A DNA stretch of 48,517 bases from Verrucomicrobia bacterium UBA3783 (GTDB lineage Bacteria > Verrucomicrobiota > Kiritimatiellia > RFP12 > UBA1067), in assembly GCA_002369235.1 (NCBI GenBank), contig DFFF01000019.1:8628-57144 (forward strand). Reading direction: 5' to 3'. Shown here piece after piece: positions 24,823-33,642 of this stretch. The notes beneath the pieces were generated by a model that was not told the origin of the DNA, made no database searches, and saw nothing but the letters and a program-made list of their open reading frames with translations. Made by a program: the position numbers and the translations under genes. The stretch's first letter is position 1. Each line of letters begins with the position of its first letter.

Positions 24823-25727
24823 CAATCTCTCCTCATGGAGAGTTTGAACTGGAGTTCGCCCATTAGCGGACGGAAAAGGCGGAAAAGGCGTGCATTGGGG
24901 ACGACGATTTCGCCGGGGATAAACGCCAGCGCAACCAGCTTCTGGAGTACGGCATCGGGCACATTCTGCCACAAATCCTGGATATTCAGTTCCGGGGGTT
25001 GCACGGCGAACATCTGCTCGAAAACCGTCTCTTGCGACTGGGAATCGGTGCATTTAAGCCGATATGCCATGCGTTTTCCGCCAAAACCGGCGGCAAAAGT
25101 GCGCATATCGAAGCCGAATTCCACTTTAAAGACGCGATCTTGGAGAATCGGCAGATCCTTGGCCACCTTGAGCGCCGCCTTGGAAAGCCGGACGCACTCG
25201 GTCTTGCGCCGGGGCGGCACCACCTTGAGCGGAGCGTCGGACCATTTGCCGTCCGCGCCTTGTTCGCGCGAGAGCATGCAGCCGTCATCGAGGAATTTGA
25301 AGGCGAGTTTGGGATTTTCCTCGAGCCGCATCAACATGCCGTAAGTCTCCCACAGCATCGCGGCGATGAGTTCCGACTGTTTTTCGTCGGTATCGCGCAC
25401 GAGGAAGCCGGGCGTCTGGCGCACTGCGCTCGCGGTACCGTCGGTTTTAAGGAGGATGTTGAAGCCCGGCAATTCGATTGGATGGGAAAGGAATCCGGCG
25501 TCCTTGTCCTGCATCCAAATATTGTAGTCGTGGAAGGTCTGCCAGCCCTCGAGGAAAGAAACGTGGCCTTTGGTCGCCGGGTCGCCGCGGGATGGATTGA
25601 CGATGGGAAAGTAGGGAAACACGGAGTCATGCGGCTTCAATACCCACATCGGATAGAGGATTTCCGGCCATTTGCCCAGTGCGTCGATGCGGCGGAGAAT
25701 ATCGGCTATTTTAGCGAGGCTATCCAT
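24822..25727 (-). CDS. Hypothetical protein
   Basis: Coupled minus-strand ORF with globular composition; likely start MDSLAKI after GGAG. No family assigned. Confidence 0.75.
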   Translation of the reverse strand: MDSLAKIADILRRIDALGKWPEILYPMWVLKPHDSVFPYFPIVNPSRGDPATKGHVSFLEGWQTFHDYNIWMQDKDAGFLSHPIELPGFNILLKTDGTASAVRQTPGFLVRDTDEKQSELIAAMLWETYGMLMRLEENPKLAFKFLDDGCMLSREQGADGKWSDAPLKVVPPRRKTECVRLSKAALKVAKDLPILQDRVFKVEFGFDMRTFAAGFGGKRMAYRLKCTDSQSQETVFEQMFAVQPPELNIQDLWQNVPDAVLQKLVALAFIPGEIVVPNARLFRLFRPLMGELQFKLSMRRD

Positions 25728-26125
25728 CCCAGCTCCCTTCTGCGCATGGCGCGGTAGTCTTTTTCGCAATGGTCGTCGGCTCCGGAGAGGTGATCCATGC
25801 CGTGGGCGACATAGAGCAGGAGTTCTTTTCTGCCGCCGAGTTTTGCGGCGCGGTCGGTATTGACGTAGATTTCGCCGTAGATGCCGTCCGCCTCGCCCGG
25901 CATGGGCGAATAAGGCTGGGTGATTACGTCGGTAGGCGAGGGGTCGTTCATGATCGCCGCGTGCACGGCGGCGGAATCGTCGTCGCCGTGGAGAACGACG
26001 GCAATGTCGCGAAAGGGAATCCTGACGCGGCGCGAAGACCGCATGGCGAAATATTCCGCGGCGGACTTGAGTTCCTTGCGGGAGATGCCAAGGGTTTTCG
26101 GGAGATGGCCGTCGATTGCGATCAT
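25706..26125 (-). CDS. ybeY: rRNA maturation RNase YbeY
   Basis: Start moved to MIAIDGH; PTDVIT, GEIYVN, LYVAHGMDHLSGADD, MRRRE. Confidence 0.88.
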   Translation of the reverse strand: MIAIDGHLPKTLGISRKELKSAAEYFAMRSSRRVRIPFRDIAVVLHGDDDSAAVHAAIMNDPSPTDVITQPYSPMPGEADGIYGEIYVNTDRAAKLGGRKELLLYVAHGMDHLSGADDHCEKDYRAMRRRELGWIASLK

Positions 26126-27399
26126 ACGCGCTCTATCTTCGCGCCGAGTGCGGCAAGCGACTTCTCCACGGCCACATAGCCGCGGTCGATGGTGTCGGCG
26201 TTGTGGATTGCCGACCTGCCCCGCGCGGCGAGCGCGGCGATCACCAGCGCGATGCCGGCGCGGATATCGGGGCTGTTGACTTTGCCGCCGTAGAGCGCGC
26301 CGGGCCCGGTGACGACGACGCGGTGCGGATCGCACTGCACGATCTTGGCGCCCAGTCCGCGCAAGTGATCGACGAAATAAAGCCGGCTTTCGAACATTTT
26401 CTCGAAGAACAGGCAGGTGCCGCGCGCCTGAGTGGCGAGGACGATCAAAATCGACATCAAATCGGACGGAAACGCCGGCCAGGGACCGTCGGCGATCGAA
26501 GGAATCGCATCGCCCAGGTCGTACTTCATCTTCAGCTTTTTCCTGGGGACATAGGAAAGCGTCCCGGCTCTGGGGTCAATCGTCCAAGTGACTCCAAAGC
26601 GTCCGAAGGCATGGCGCAGAACCTCGAAGGGTTCGGGCTCGATATTCTCCAGGGTGATGGCGCCGCCGGTCACGGCGGCGGCGGCGATGTAGCTGCCGGC
26701 TTCGATGTAGTCGCACCCCACCCGCGCCGTGCAGCCATGGAGTTTCTCCACGCCTTCGATCTCCAGGCGGTTGGTGCCGGCGCCCTGGACTTTGGCGCCC
26801 ATCAAATTGAGCATCCGCGCGAGGTCGGAGATATGCGGTTCGCACGCGGCGTTGTAGATTACGGTGCGCCCCTTGGCGAGGACTGCGGCCATGAGCGCGT
26901 TCTCGGTAGCCGTAACCGACGCCTCGTCCAGCAGGATTGAGGCGCCCTTCAATTCTCCCTCCACCATCATCGTGCGCTTGCCGACGCGCGATTTCGCGCC
27001 CATGGCCTTGAAGGCGGCGAAGTGGGTGTCCAGCCGGCGGTGGCCAATCTGATCGCCGCCCGGCGGCGGCAGAAACGCCCTGCCGCGACGCGCGAGGAGA
27101 GGCCCGGCGAAAAGAATGCTCGTGCGCATCTTCGCGGCGAGTTCGCGGTTGATCGACGCCGGCTTCAAGACCGGCGTCGTCATCGTCACTTGGTCTTGCC
27201 TGCGCGTTATTCTGGCGCCCAAAGTTTGCGCGACTTTGAGCATGGAGGAGACGTCGGCGATATCCGGGACGTTCTCGAGCGTCACCTTTTCATCGGTCAA
27301 AAGCGCGGCGGCAATCATCGGCAGAACGGCATTCTTGTTGCCGGAGACGCGATGAGTCCCGGAAATCGGGTGGCCGCCTTCGATGATCAACGCGCTCAT
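26122..27399 (-). CDS. murA: UDP-N-acetylglucosamine 1-carboxyvinyltransferase
   Basis: Start MSALIIEGG; SGNKNAVLP, PGGDQIGHR, SVTATEN, PWPAFPSD, PDIRAG, IDRGY. Confidence 0.96.
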   Translation of the reverse strand: MSALIIEGGHPISGTHRVSGNKNAVLPMIAAALLTDEKVTLENVPDIADVSSMLKVAQTLGARITRRQDQVTMTTPVLKPASINRELAAKMRTSILFAGPLLARRGRAFLPPPGGDQIGHRRLDTHFAAFKAMGAKSRVGKRTMMVEGELKGASILLDEASVTATENALMAAVLAKGRTVIYNAACEPHISDLARMLNLMGAKVQGAGTNRLEIEGVEKLHGCTARVGCDYIEAGSYIAAAAVTGGAITLENIEPEPFEVLRHAFGRFGVTWTIDPRAGTLSYVPRKKLKMKYDLGDAIPSIADGPWPAFPSDLMSILIVLATQARGTCLFFEKMFESRLYFVDHLRGLGAKIVQCDPHRVVVTGPGALYGGKVNSPDIRAGIALVIAALAARGRSAIHNADTIDRGYVAVEKSLAALGAKIERV

Positions 27400-28055
27400 G
27401 AAAGCATGTCGATCTTCTTCGTCTCGCCGAATACTATAAGCCGGTCGCCGGCCTTCATCACGCCCGAAGCGGAAGGAATGACGATCTGGCGTTCGCCTTC
27501 CGGCTTTTCGGGATTCTGCCGCCGGATGCAAAGAACGGTAAGCCCGGTCTTGTTGCGGAAGTCGGCCTCGGCGAGCGTCATGTCCGCCATGTCGGCGGGA
27601 ACGTCGACCTCGGCGATCGAGTAGCCGTCGGATACTTCGAGGAAATCGATGGCGTCATGGTTGGCGATGGTGCGCGCGAGGCGGTGGGCGCTGTCGCGAT
27701 CTGGGTAGATTACGGTATCGGCGCCGATGCGGCGCAGGATCTTGCCGTGGAGTTCGCTCGACGCCTTGGCGACGACGCGCGGGATGCCCAGCTCCTTGCA
27801 GTTGGTGGTCGCCATGATCGAGGCCTCGATATTCGATCCGATCGCCACCACGACCACATCGCAATCGCCGAACCCCGCTTCTTCAAGGACGTGCGGCTGG
27901 GTAGCGTCGCCCTGGAGGGCGGTGGCGAACTCGCTCGCGTTCTGCATCGCCGGGCGGTTGCGGTCGATCAGCACGACATCCACGCCGGCATTCGCGAGCG
28001 ATTCGGCGAGCGCCATCCCGAAGCGCCCCGCGCCGATGATTCCGATTCTCTTCAT
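27396..28055 (-). CDS. trkA: TrkA/KtrA family potassium uptake regulatory subunit
   Basis: Start MKRIGIIGAGRFG (NAD-binding RCK-N), GDAT, C-terminal RCK-C. Confidence 0.9.
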   Translation of the reverse strand: MKRIGIIGAGRFGMALAESLANAGVDVVLIDRNRPAMQNASEFATALQGDATQPHVLEEAGFGDCDVVVVAIGSNIEASIMATTNCKELGIPRVVAKASSELHGKILRRIGADTVIYPDRDSAHRLARTIANHDAIDFLEVSDGYSIAEVDVPADMADMTLAEADFRNKTGLTVLCIRRQNPEKPEGERQIVIPSASGVMKAGDRLIVFGETKKIDMLS

Positions 28056-28852
28056 CAGTCCTCCAATTCCATTCTGCGCGCTTCGCGGACAAGCCCTTGG
28101 GAGTAAGGATGCTTGGGGGCGGCGAAAAACGACGCCGGATCGTCGGTCGTCTCCACCACCAGCCCGTCTTTCATGACCGCGAGCTTGGTGGCCATCTGCG
28201 AAACGACGCCAAGATCGTGGGTAATGAGCAATACTGCGCTGTTCGACTGGTGCAGGCGCTTCATGAGCTTCAAGACTTGCGCCTGGATGGTGACGTCCAG
28301 AGCCGTCGTAGGCTCGTCGGCGATCACGAGATCCGGGCCGAGCATCAGCCCCATTGCGATCATGACGCGCTGCTGCATGCCGCCGGAGAGTTCGTGGGGA
28401 TAGGCGCGGGCGCGGACGGCGGGATCGGGGATGCCCACCTTGCCCAGCCATTCGAGCGCCATGTCGCGAGCGGCGGACTTGGCCATCTTCTCGTGAAGGA
28501 GAATCGTTTCCACGAGCTGGTCGCCGATGCGGTGCAGCGGCGAGAGCGAACCCATCGGATCCTGGAAGACGACGCCGATCTTCTTGCCGCGCAGGGCGCG
28601 GAGTTCCGGGAGCGGCATGGTGAGCGTGTCGCGTCCGTCGAGGAGGATGCGTCCCTTGGGATAGAAAGCCGGCGGCGAAGGCAAGAGGCGCGCGATCGAC
28701 ATCGAGACCGACGACTTGCCGCTGCCGGATTCGCCGACTATGCCCAAGACTTCGCCGCGGTCGAGCGTGAGGTTCACGTCGATCGCCGCACGGGTGACTT
28801 CGCCTTCGTCGTTGCGGAACGACACATCGAGATCTTGTATATCCAGAAGCAT
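28055..28852 (-). CDS. Oligopeptide/dipeptide ABC transporter ATP-binding protein (OppD/DppD-like)
   Basis: Start MLLDIQDL; GESGSGKS, YPHELSGGMQQR, ADEPTTALDVT, PKHPYS. Confidence 0.92.
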   Translation of the reverse strand: MLLDIQDLDVSFRNDEGEVTRAAIDVNLTLDRGEVLGIVGESGSGKSSVSMSIARLLPSPPAFYPKGRILLDGRDTLTMPLPELRALRGKKIGVVFQDPMGSLSPLHRIGDQLVETILLHEKMAKSAARDMALEWLGKVGIPDPAVRARAYPHELSGGMQQRVMIAMGLMLGPDLVIADEPTTALDVTIQAQVLKLMKRLHQSNSAVLLITHDLGVVSQMATKLAVMKDGLVVETTDDPASFFAAPKHPYSQGLVREARRMELED

Positions 28853-29709
28853 TATTTGAATTCCTCTTGTGCGAACTCCGCGAGCGCATCCTGCCATTTG
28901 GCGGTGCGGTATCCGAGGACGTTCAGCACGCTTTTCTTGAGCGCCGAGCATTTCGGGCGCGGCGCAGGACGGGGAAATTCTCCGGTCGTGCAGGGGACGA
29001 GCGGACGCTTGAGACCAAGCAGCCGGAAGAGTTCCCTGGTGAGCTCGAACCACGAGCACTGGTCTTCGCAAGTCGCGTGGACGATGCCGGAGACGTCGGG
29101 TTTGGAGAGCAGGAAACGGATGGCGCGGGCGACTTCTTTGGTGGAGGTGGGGTTGCCGCGCTGGTCGTCGACGACCTTGAGCGGGGCGGCGTCGGCGTCG
29201 GCGCCAAGCCGCGCCATCGTATGGACGAAACTCGGGCCGCCCGCACCGTAGAGCCAGGCGATGCGCACGATCACCGCCTCGGGCAGAATCATCTGGACCA
29301 TCTGCTCGCCAGCGAACTTGGACATGCCGTAGACCGTCTGCGGACGCGGGATGTCCGTCTCCGACCACGCCCAGGGAGTGCGGGGCGGATCGCCGGAGAA
29401 GACATAGTCGGTAGAAATCGCGAAGAGCCGCGCACCGCACATCTTCGCCGCCAGCGCGACATTGCGCGAACCCTCTTCGTTCAGACGGAACGCGAGTTCG
29501 CGGTTCGTCTCGCAGTCGTCCACCTTCGTCATCGCCGCGCAATGGATTATCGCATCGGGCGCGACGGCGGCCACCTGGTCGGCAAACTCCTCGTCCTTGA
29601 GGATGTCGAATTCCGGGAGATCGGCGACGACGATTTCGTGGTCGGCGCCCAGTTCCTTCTGCAAGGTGCGGCCGAGCATGCCCTTGCCGCCGGTAATCAG
29701 AATCTTCAT
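28852..29709 (-). CDS. rfbD: dTDP-4-dehydrorhamnose reductase
   Basis: Start MKILITGGKGMLG; STDYVF, YGMSK, VVDDQRGNPT, PAPRP. Confidence 0.93.
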   Translation of the reverse strand: MKILITGGKGMLGRTLQKELGADHEIVVADLPEFDILKDEEFADQVAAVAPDAIIHCAAMTKVDDCETNRELAFRLNEEGSRNVALAAKMCGARLFAISTDYVFSGDPPRTPWAWSETDIPRPQTVYGMSKFAGEQMVQMILPEAVIVRIAWLYGAGGPSFVHTMARLGADADAAPLKVVDDQRGNPTSTKEVARAIRFLLSKPDVSGIVHATCEDQCSWFELTRELFRLLGLKRPLVPCTTGEFPRPAPRPKCSALKKSVLNVLGYRTAKWQDALAEFAQEEFK

Positions 29710-30695
29710 TGCGCCGAATCCTCTTCTCCGAGCGAATGGACCATGCACGCGCCCAGAAGGACGATCTGCCACGACATGTAGACCCAGGCGAGGACAATGG
29801 GCAGAAACGCGAACGAGCCGTAGAGCGCGGACGACTTGGCGATGCCTATCTGCGCGATGGCGCACACCTTGACCCAGCCGCCGAAGAGCACGGCGGTGAT
29901 CACGCCGCCGCGCATCGCATTGCGGAATCTGACGTGACGGTTGGGCATCACGAAGAAGATGAACGCGAAGTTGAGCGATGCGAGGGCGAGAGTCACCACA
30001 AAACGGAAAAGGCCGGAGTCGAGCACGGCGATCAGGCCGTCGGACATCCACTTCGTGAGCCATGTGGCGCCTACCGTCGCGACGATCACATTCTTGACTA
30101 CATTGAGGATCGGGACCGACATCGCAAGCGACACGAGAATCGGGAGCATGATGGAGATGAAAATATAGAGGAAGAACCGCCGCCACACCGGGCGCGGTTT
30201 TTTGATCCGCCAAATCCCGTTCATGCTGACTTCGACCATGCTCAAGGACGACACGACCGTCCAGAGGAGGAATCCAAAGCCTATCCAGCCGAGCGTCTTG
30301 ATGTTGAACGCCTCGATCTTCTCGAAGAGAGTGTCTGAAATCGCACGCGCCTGCTTGCCGAACTCAAGCGCGGCGGCCTTGCGCTGCTCGCGCTGTTCAT
30401 CGGTCCCGAGGTAGTTGGCAAGCATCGCCATGTCGTCTTCCTGGCCGTTCTCGATATTGGAGATCATCGCGTCGAGCTGGGCGTTGATGTGGGCCCGCGC
30501 ATAGTCGTCCACGCCGCATTGCTTGGCGGCGAAGAGCAGTATGCAGAGCGTGGGGATTATCGCGAGCAGGGAGAAATAGGTAAGCCCCGCCGCGTGCATC
30601 GAGCAATTGTTGTCGAGAAACGACATCACAACCCGCTTGCCCCACCTGACAAAGCTAAATCCCATCGCGCGCTCGATCGTTTCCTTGAGTTTCAT
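29706..30695 (-). CDS. YihY/virulence factor BrkB family membrane protein
   Basis: Start MKLKETIE; AAGLTYFSLLAIIP, YGSFAFLPIVLAWVYMSWQIVLLGA. Confidence 0.9.
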   Translation of the reverse strand: MKLKETIERAMGFSFVRWGKRVVMSFLDNNCSMHAAGLTYFSLLAIIPTLCILLFAAKQCGVDDYARAHINAQLDAMISNIENGQEDDMAMLANYLGTDEQREQRKAAALEFGKQARAISDTLFEKIEAFNIKTLGWIGFGFLLWTVVSSLSMVEVSMNGIWRIKKPRPVWRRFFLYIFISIMLPILVSLAMSVPILNVVKNVIVATVGATWLTKWMSDGLIAVLDSGLFRFVVTLALASLNFAFIFFVMPNRHVRFRNAMRGGVITAVLFGGWVKVCAIAQIGIAKSSALYGSFAFLPIVLAWVYMSWQIVLLGACMVHSLGEEDSAQ

Positions 30696-31528
30696 AGGAG
30701 ATGCCCCGTTATATGGCCGAGAACGACGCCCGCGCAGTAGACGAAGGCGAGGATTGCGAGATTTTCCCTCAAATTGCGGTTGGTGCGGAAGAGGACGAGA
30801 ATGCCAAGGCCGCTGCCGGAGAACGAGGAGGCCATCAGGGCGCCGGCGCTCATGGCGCCGGAGAGGTAGAGTTTCGCCGCCGCGACGCTCACGGCGCAAT
30901 TGGGCACGAGTCCCACGAGGGCGGCAATCGCTTCGCCCAGAAAAGGAACGTTGAGGCGGAGCTTGGCAAGCATGTCTTCGCCGCCAAAATGCATGGCGAG
31001 TTCGATCGCGCCGGAAACGATGGCGATAAAGAAGAAAATCTCGGCGGTGTGGATAAGCGCGGGGACGACGATTCCTTTGTGACCGGCGCAATCGCAATGG
31101 GAATGTTCGCAAAGTTCATGGACGTCCACATCGCGCCGGCGATGGCGGAAGAAAGCGAGAATCGCATTTACGGTAAAGCCCACGGCGATGGCGGCAAAGA
31201 CCTTGAGAACGACGATCTTGACCATCAGCGAAACGGGAACGCGCGAGGAAATGAGCACTGGAATAAGCTCGTCGGAAGTGGAAAGCATCACGGCTACAAG
31301 AGTCCCCACCGTGATGACGCCTCCGGCATAAAGCGATGCGGCGGAGGCGGAAACGCCGCATTGGGGGATTGCGCCGGCCAGCGCACCGGCGAACGGACCG
31401 ACAGAACGAGCACGCTCGAGGAAAGCCTCGAGCGCGCCGCCCGCTTTAGATTCAACCGCCTCCATGACCAGATAGGTCACGAAGAGAAACGGCAATATGA
31501 GCAGGGTTTCGGTTATGTATTCTATCAT
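30692..31528 (-). CDS. Putative manganese/metal transporter (membrane protein with twin P.C motifs)
   Basis: Start MIEYITE; GAIPQCG, STSDE, GLVPNC; His/Cys-rich loop HELCEHSHCDCAGH. Confidence 0.7.
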   Translation of the reverse strand: MIEYITETLLILPFLFVTYLVMEAVESKAGGALEAFLERARSVGPFAGALAGAIPQCGVSASAASLYAGGVITVGTLVAVMLSTSDELIPVLISSRVPVSLMVKIVVLKVFAAIAVGFTVNAILAFFRHRRRDVDVHELCEHSHCDCAGHKGIVVPALIHTAEIFFFIAIVSGAIELAMHFGGEDMLAKLRLNVPFLGEAIAALVGLVPNCAVSVAAAKLYLSGAMSAGALMASSFSGSGLGILVLFRTNRNLRENLAILAFVYCAGVVLGHITGHLL

Positions 31529-31698
31529 CAGGCCTGGGAGATAGCTTCGTTCGGGCATTGCGCCGCGCAGCTACCGCAATCCAGGCACTTGTCGGGGTCG
31601 ATCGTGTAGGTGGCACCTGCCGTGATCGCCTCCGCGGGGCATGCCGCCTGGCAGCATCCACACGCAACACACTTAGATTCGTCGATTTTATGAGCCAT
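31528..31698 (-). CDS. 2[4Fe-4S] ferredoxin (56 aa, absent from the ORF track)
   Basis: Manual translation MAHKIDESKCVACGCCQAACPAEAITAGATYTIDPDKCLDCGSCAAQCPNEAISQA; two CxxCxxCxxxCP motifs; AGGAGG RBS. Confidence 0.96.
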   Translation of the reverse strand: MAHKIDESKCVACGCCQAACPAEAITAGATYTIDPDKCLDCGSCAAQCPNEAISQA

Positions 31699-31741
31699 TG
31701 TCTGTTCCTCCTTTACATATTTAGTAGGTTAAACAATATGT

Positions 31742-31771
31742 ATTATACCATATTTTGGCTCAATTAGTCTA
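31742..31771 (-). promoter_or_regulatory. Sigma70-type promoter of the ferredoxin run
   Basis: Extended -10 TGGTATAAT; weak -35 TAGACT at 18 nt. Confidence 0.65.
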
Positions 31772-32962
31772 CTCAAAGATAGCAAAAGCGGGCAATCCGC
31801 GGACATTCTCGAATCCGGGGAGTTTCTTGAGTTCCGCCAGGTCTTCGGACTGGAGGCGGATGACGGTCCAGCCCTCGAGCGCCGCCTTGACGCGGGCGTC
31901 GCGCATAGTGGTCGCCTCCATTGCGGCGCAGTTCTTGCACCATGAGGCCCAGCAATCGACCAGCACCGGGCCGGAACTTGGGAGGGAGAAATTCGCGGTC
32001 GTCATTTCGGTCGCGCCCTCGGCGGCAACGGGTTCACCGCCGGGAGCGGACGCCTTGAGCCCGACGGCGCCAAGATAGATATAGTAGGCGGCAAAGCAGA
32101 GGACGAGTGCGCCGAAACACTTGTTCACCTTCCCCATCCACGCACCGGGCTTGGGCAAGACCTGCATGCCCGCGCCCAGAAGCGGCCATGGAAGCGCCAT
32201 CCCCAAACCGAAGACGAGCGGCAGGCCGAGCGCGAGCGTCTCGCCCTTGGCAAAGAGATCGGCCGTCCAGAGCAGGACCGAAATCAAGACCGGCGCGACA
32301 CACGCCCCCGCCAGCACGGCGGAAAGCGCACCCATCAAAAATGCGCTCGAAGACTTGACACGGCGCTTGGAGAAATCGATGAAAAACACGCCAAATAGAG
32401 AAAGCGAAAGGCCGATGAATACCGCCGCCACCGCGAAATTGAACCATGGCGACGATTGAATCTGGCCAAACGCCATGCCGCCGACCGCCGCCGCGACGCC
32501 CATCGCACCGTAGGCTACGGCGATGCCGAGACCATACGCGAGCCCGCGCCGGAAGGACTTGCCGATGATCATCAGATTTATGGGGATCATCGGCAAAACG
32601 CAAGGCGTGAGATTCATCAATATGCCGCCGAGGAAAGCGAGCAGGATGACGAGCAAAACCGGCTTGCCTGCAAATCCGCCGCCATTGTCCGCCTCCTCGC
32701 CGCCGCGATTTTCCAGAAACGCGAGAAACTCTTCCGCGTCCATATATCCCATCTTGAGGGCCGCAAGTCCCAGTCTGGAAGGCGCCGCAGGCTCGACCTC
32801 GCCTTCGAGAGGAAGCGACCACATTGCGGAAAAGTCTTGCGCAGGGTCTGCGTCCGGCGCTTGCTCTTCCACCGGCACGCACATTCCGTCCTTGCACTCG
32901 TAAGCGACGCCGTTGATAATCTGGATTTCGCCGAATAAAAGCGATGCAATGATGAAAATCAC
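31769..32962 (-). CDS. dsbD: DsbD/CcdA-like thiol:disulfide interchange protein with C-terminal thioredoxin
   Basis: LTPCVLPMIP and GACVAP transmembrane cysteines, PKPGAWM, WASWCKNC. Confidence 0.85.
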   Translation of the reverse strand: MIFIIASLLFGEIQIINGVAYECKDGMCVPVEEQAPDADPAQDFSAMWSLPLEGEVEPAAPSRLGLAALKMGYMDAEEFLAFLENRGGEEADNGGGFAGKPVLLVILLAFLGGILMNLTPCVLPMIPINLMIIGKSFRRGLAYGLGIAVAYGAMGVAAAVGGMAFGQIQSSPWFNFAVAAVFIGLSLSLFGVFFIDFSKRRVKSSSAFLMGALSAVLAGACVAPVLISVLLWTADLFAKGETLALGLPLVFGLGMALPWPLLGAGMQVLPKPGAWMGKVNKCFGALVLCFAAYYIYLGAVGLKASAPGGEPVAAEGATEMTTANFSLPSSGPVLVDCWASWCKNCAAMEATTMRDARVKAALEGWTVIRLQSEDLAELKKLPGFENVRGLPAFAIFE

Positions 32963-33642
32963 GATTTTTTCTCCTTTACCTTGTTATCGGGTGAACACGC
33001 CGGGCAGAAGTGCGCGATGGGGCAATCGGCGCAGCGCGGGCGCACCGGCGCACAGCGCGTCTGCCCGAAACTGACGAGATGCGAGTTCCACGTCTTCCAA
33101 TACTTGACCGGCAGAAGTTTGCGGAGCGTCATTTCCGTTTCGAGCGGCGTCTTCGTCTTGATCAACCCAAGACGGTTGCAGATGCGGTGGACATGGACAT
33201 CTACGCAAATCGCGGGCAGATTGAAGCCCACCGCGACCGTGAGATTCGCGGTCTTGCGTCCTACGCCCGGGAGTTCGCAAAGTTCCTCCACGGTCTGCGG
33301 CAAGATGCCGCCGAATTTTTCCTCAAGGACGCGCGGCAGGTTTTTTAGGTGCCGCGCCTTGTCGCGGTAGAATCCCACCGGATAGATGAGCGTTGCGATC
33401 TCCTCTTCGCCAAGCCGCTCAAGGTCTTGCGGCGCGAAACGCTCGCCTTGCGCGGCGGCGAAAAGCCGGCGCACCGCCCCAGCCGTGCACGCATCCTTGG
33501 TGCGCGCGGAAAGAATCGTCCCCACCAGCACGCAAAACGGATCGCGAGTCTGCGCTTCAATAAGCTCGATGATCGGCGCGGGATGCGCCTTGAACTCCTT
33601 TTTGAGGAGCCGGTCGACGGCAGGGATGTCGCAAACCGTCAT
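32959..33642 (-). CDS. nth: Endonuclease III
   Basis: Start MTVCDIP; ILSART, LPGVGRKTAN, VDVHVHR, C-x6-C-x2-C-x5-C Fe-S motif. Confidence 0.95.
   Translation of the reverse strand: MTVCDIPAVDRLLKKEFKAHPAPIIELIEAQTRDPFCVLVGTILSARTKDACTAGAVRRLFAAAQGERFAPQDLERLGEEEIATLIYPVGFYRDKARHLKNLPRVLEEKFGGILPQTVEELCELPGVGRKTANLTVAVGFNLPAICVDVHVHRICNRLGLIKTKTPLETEMTLRKLLPVKYWKTWNSHLVSFGQTRCAPVRPRCADCPIAHFCPACSPDNKVKEKKS

Noticed and set aside
25770-25810. YbeY motif HGMDHLSGADDH as evidence of inactivation
   Set aside because: Two His residues are intact and the third position has Asp followed by His; this fits family variation and is not enough to call loss of function.
26122-31112. Long N-terminal extensions of murA, trkA, oppD, rfbD and yihY in the ORF track, suggesting overlapping genes or fusions
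   Set aside because: The extensions are alternative-frame read-through of the upstream gene. Family homology begins at downstream ATGs that overlap the previous stop.
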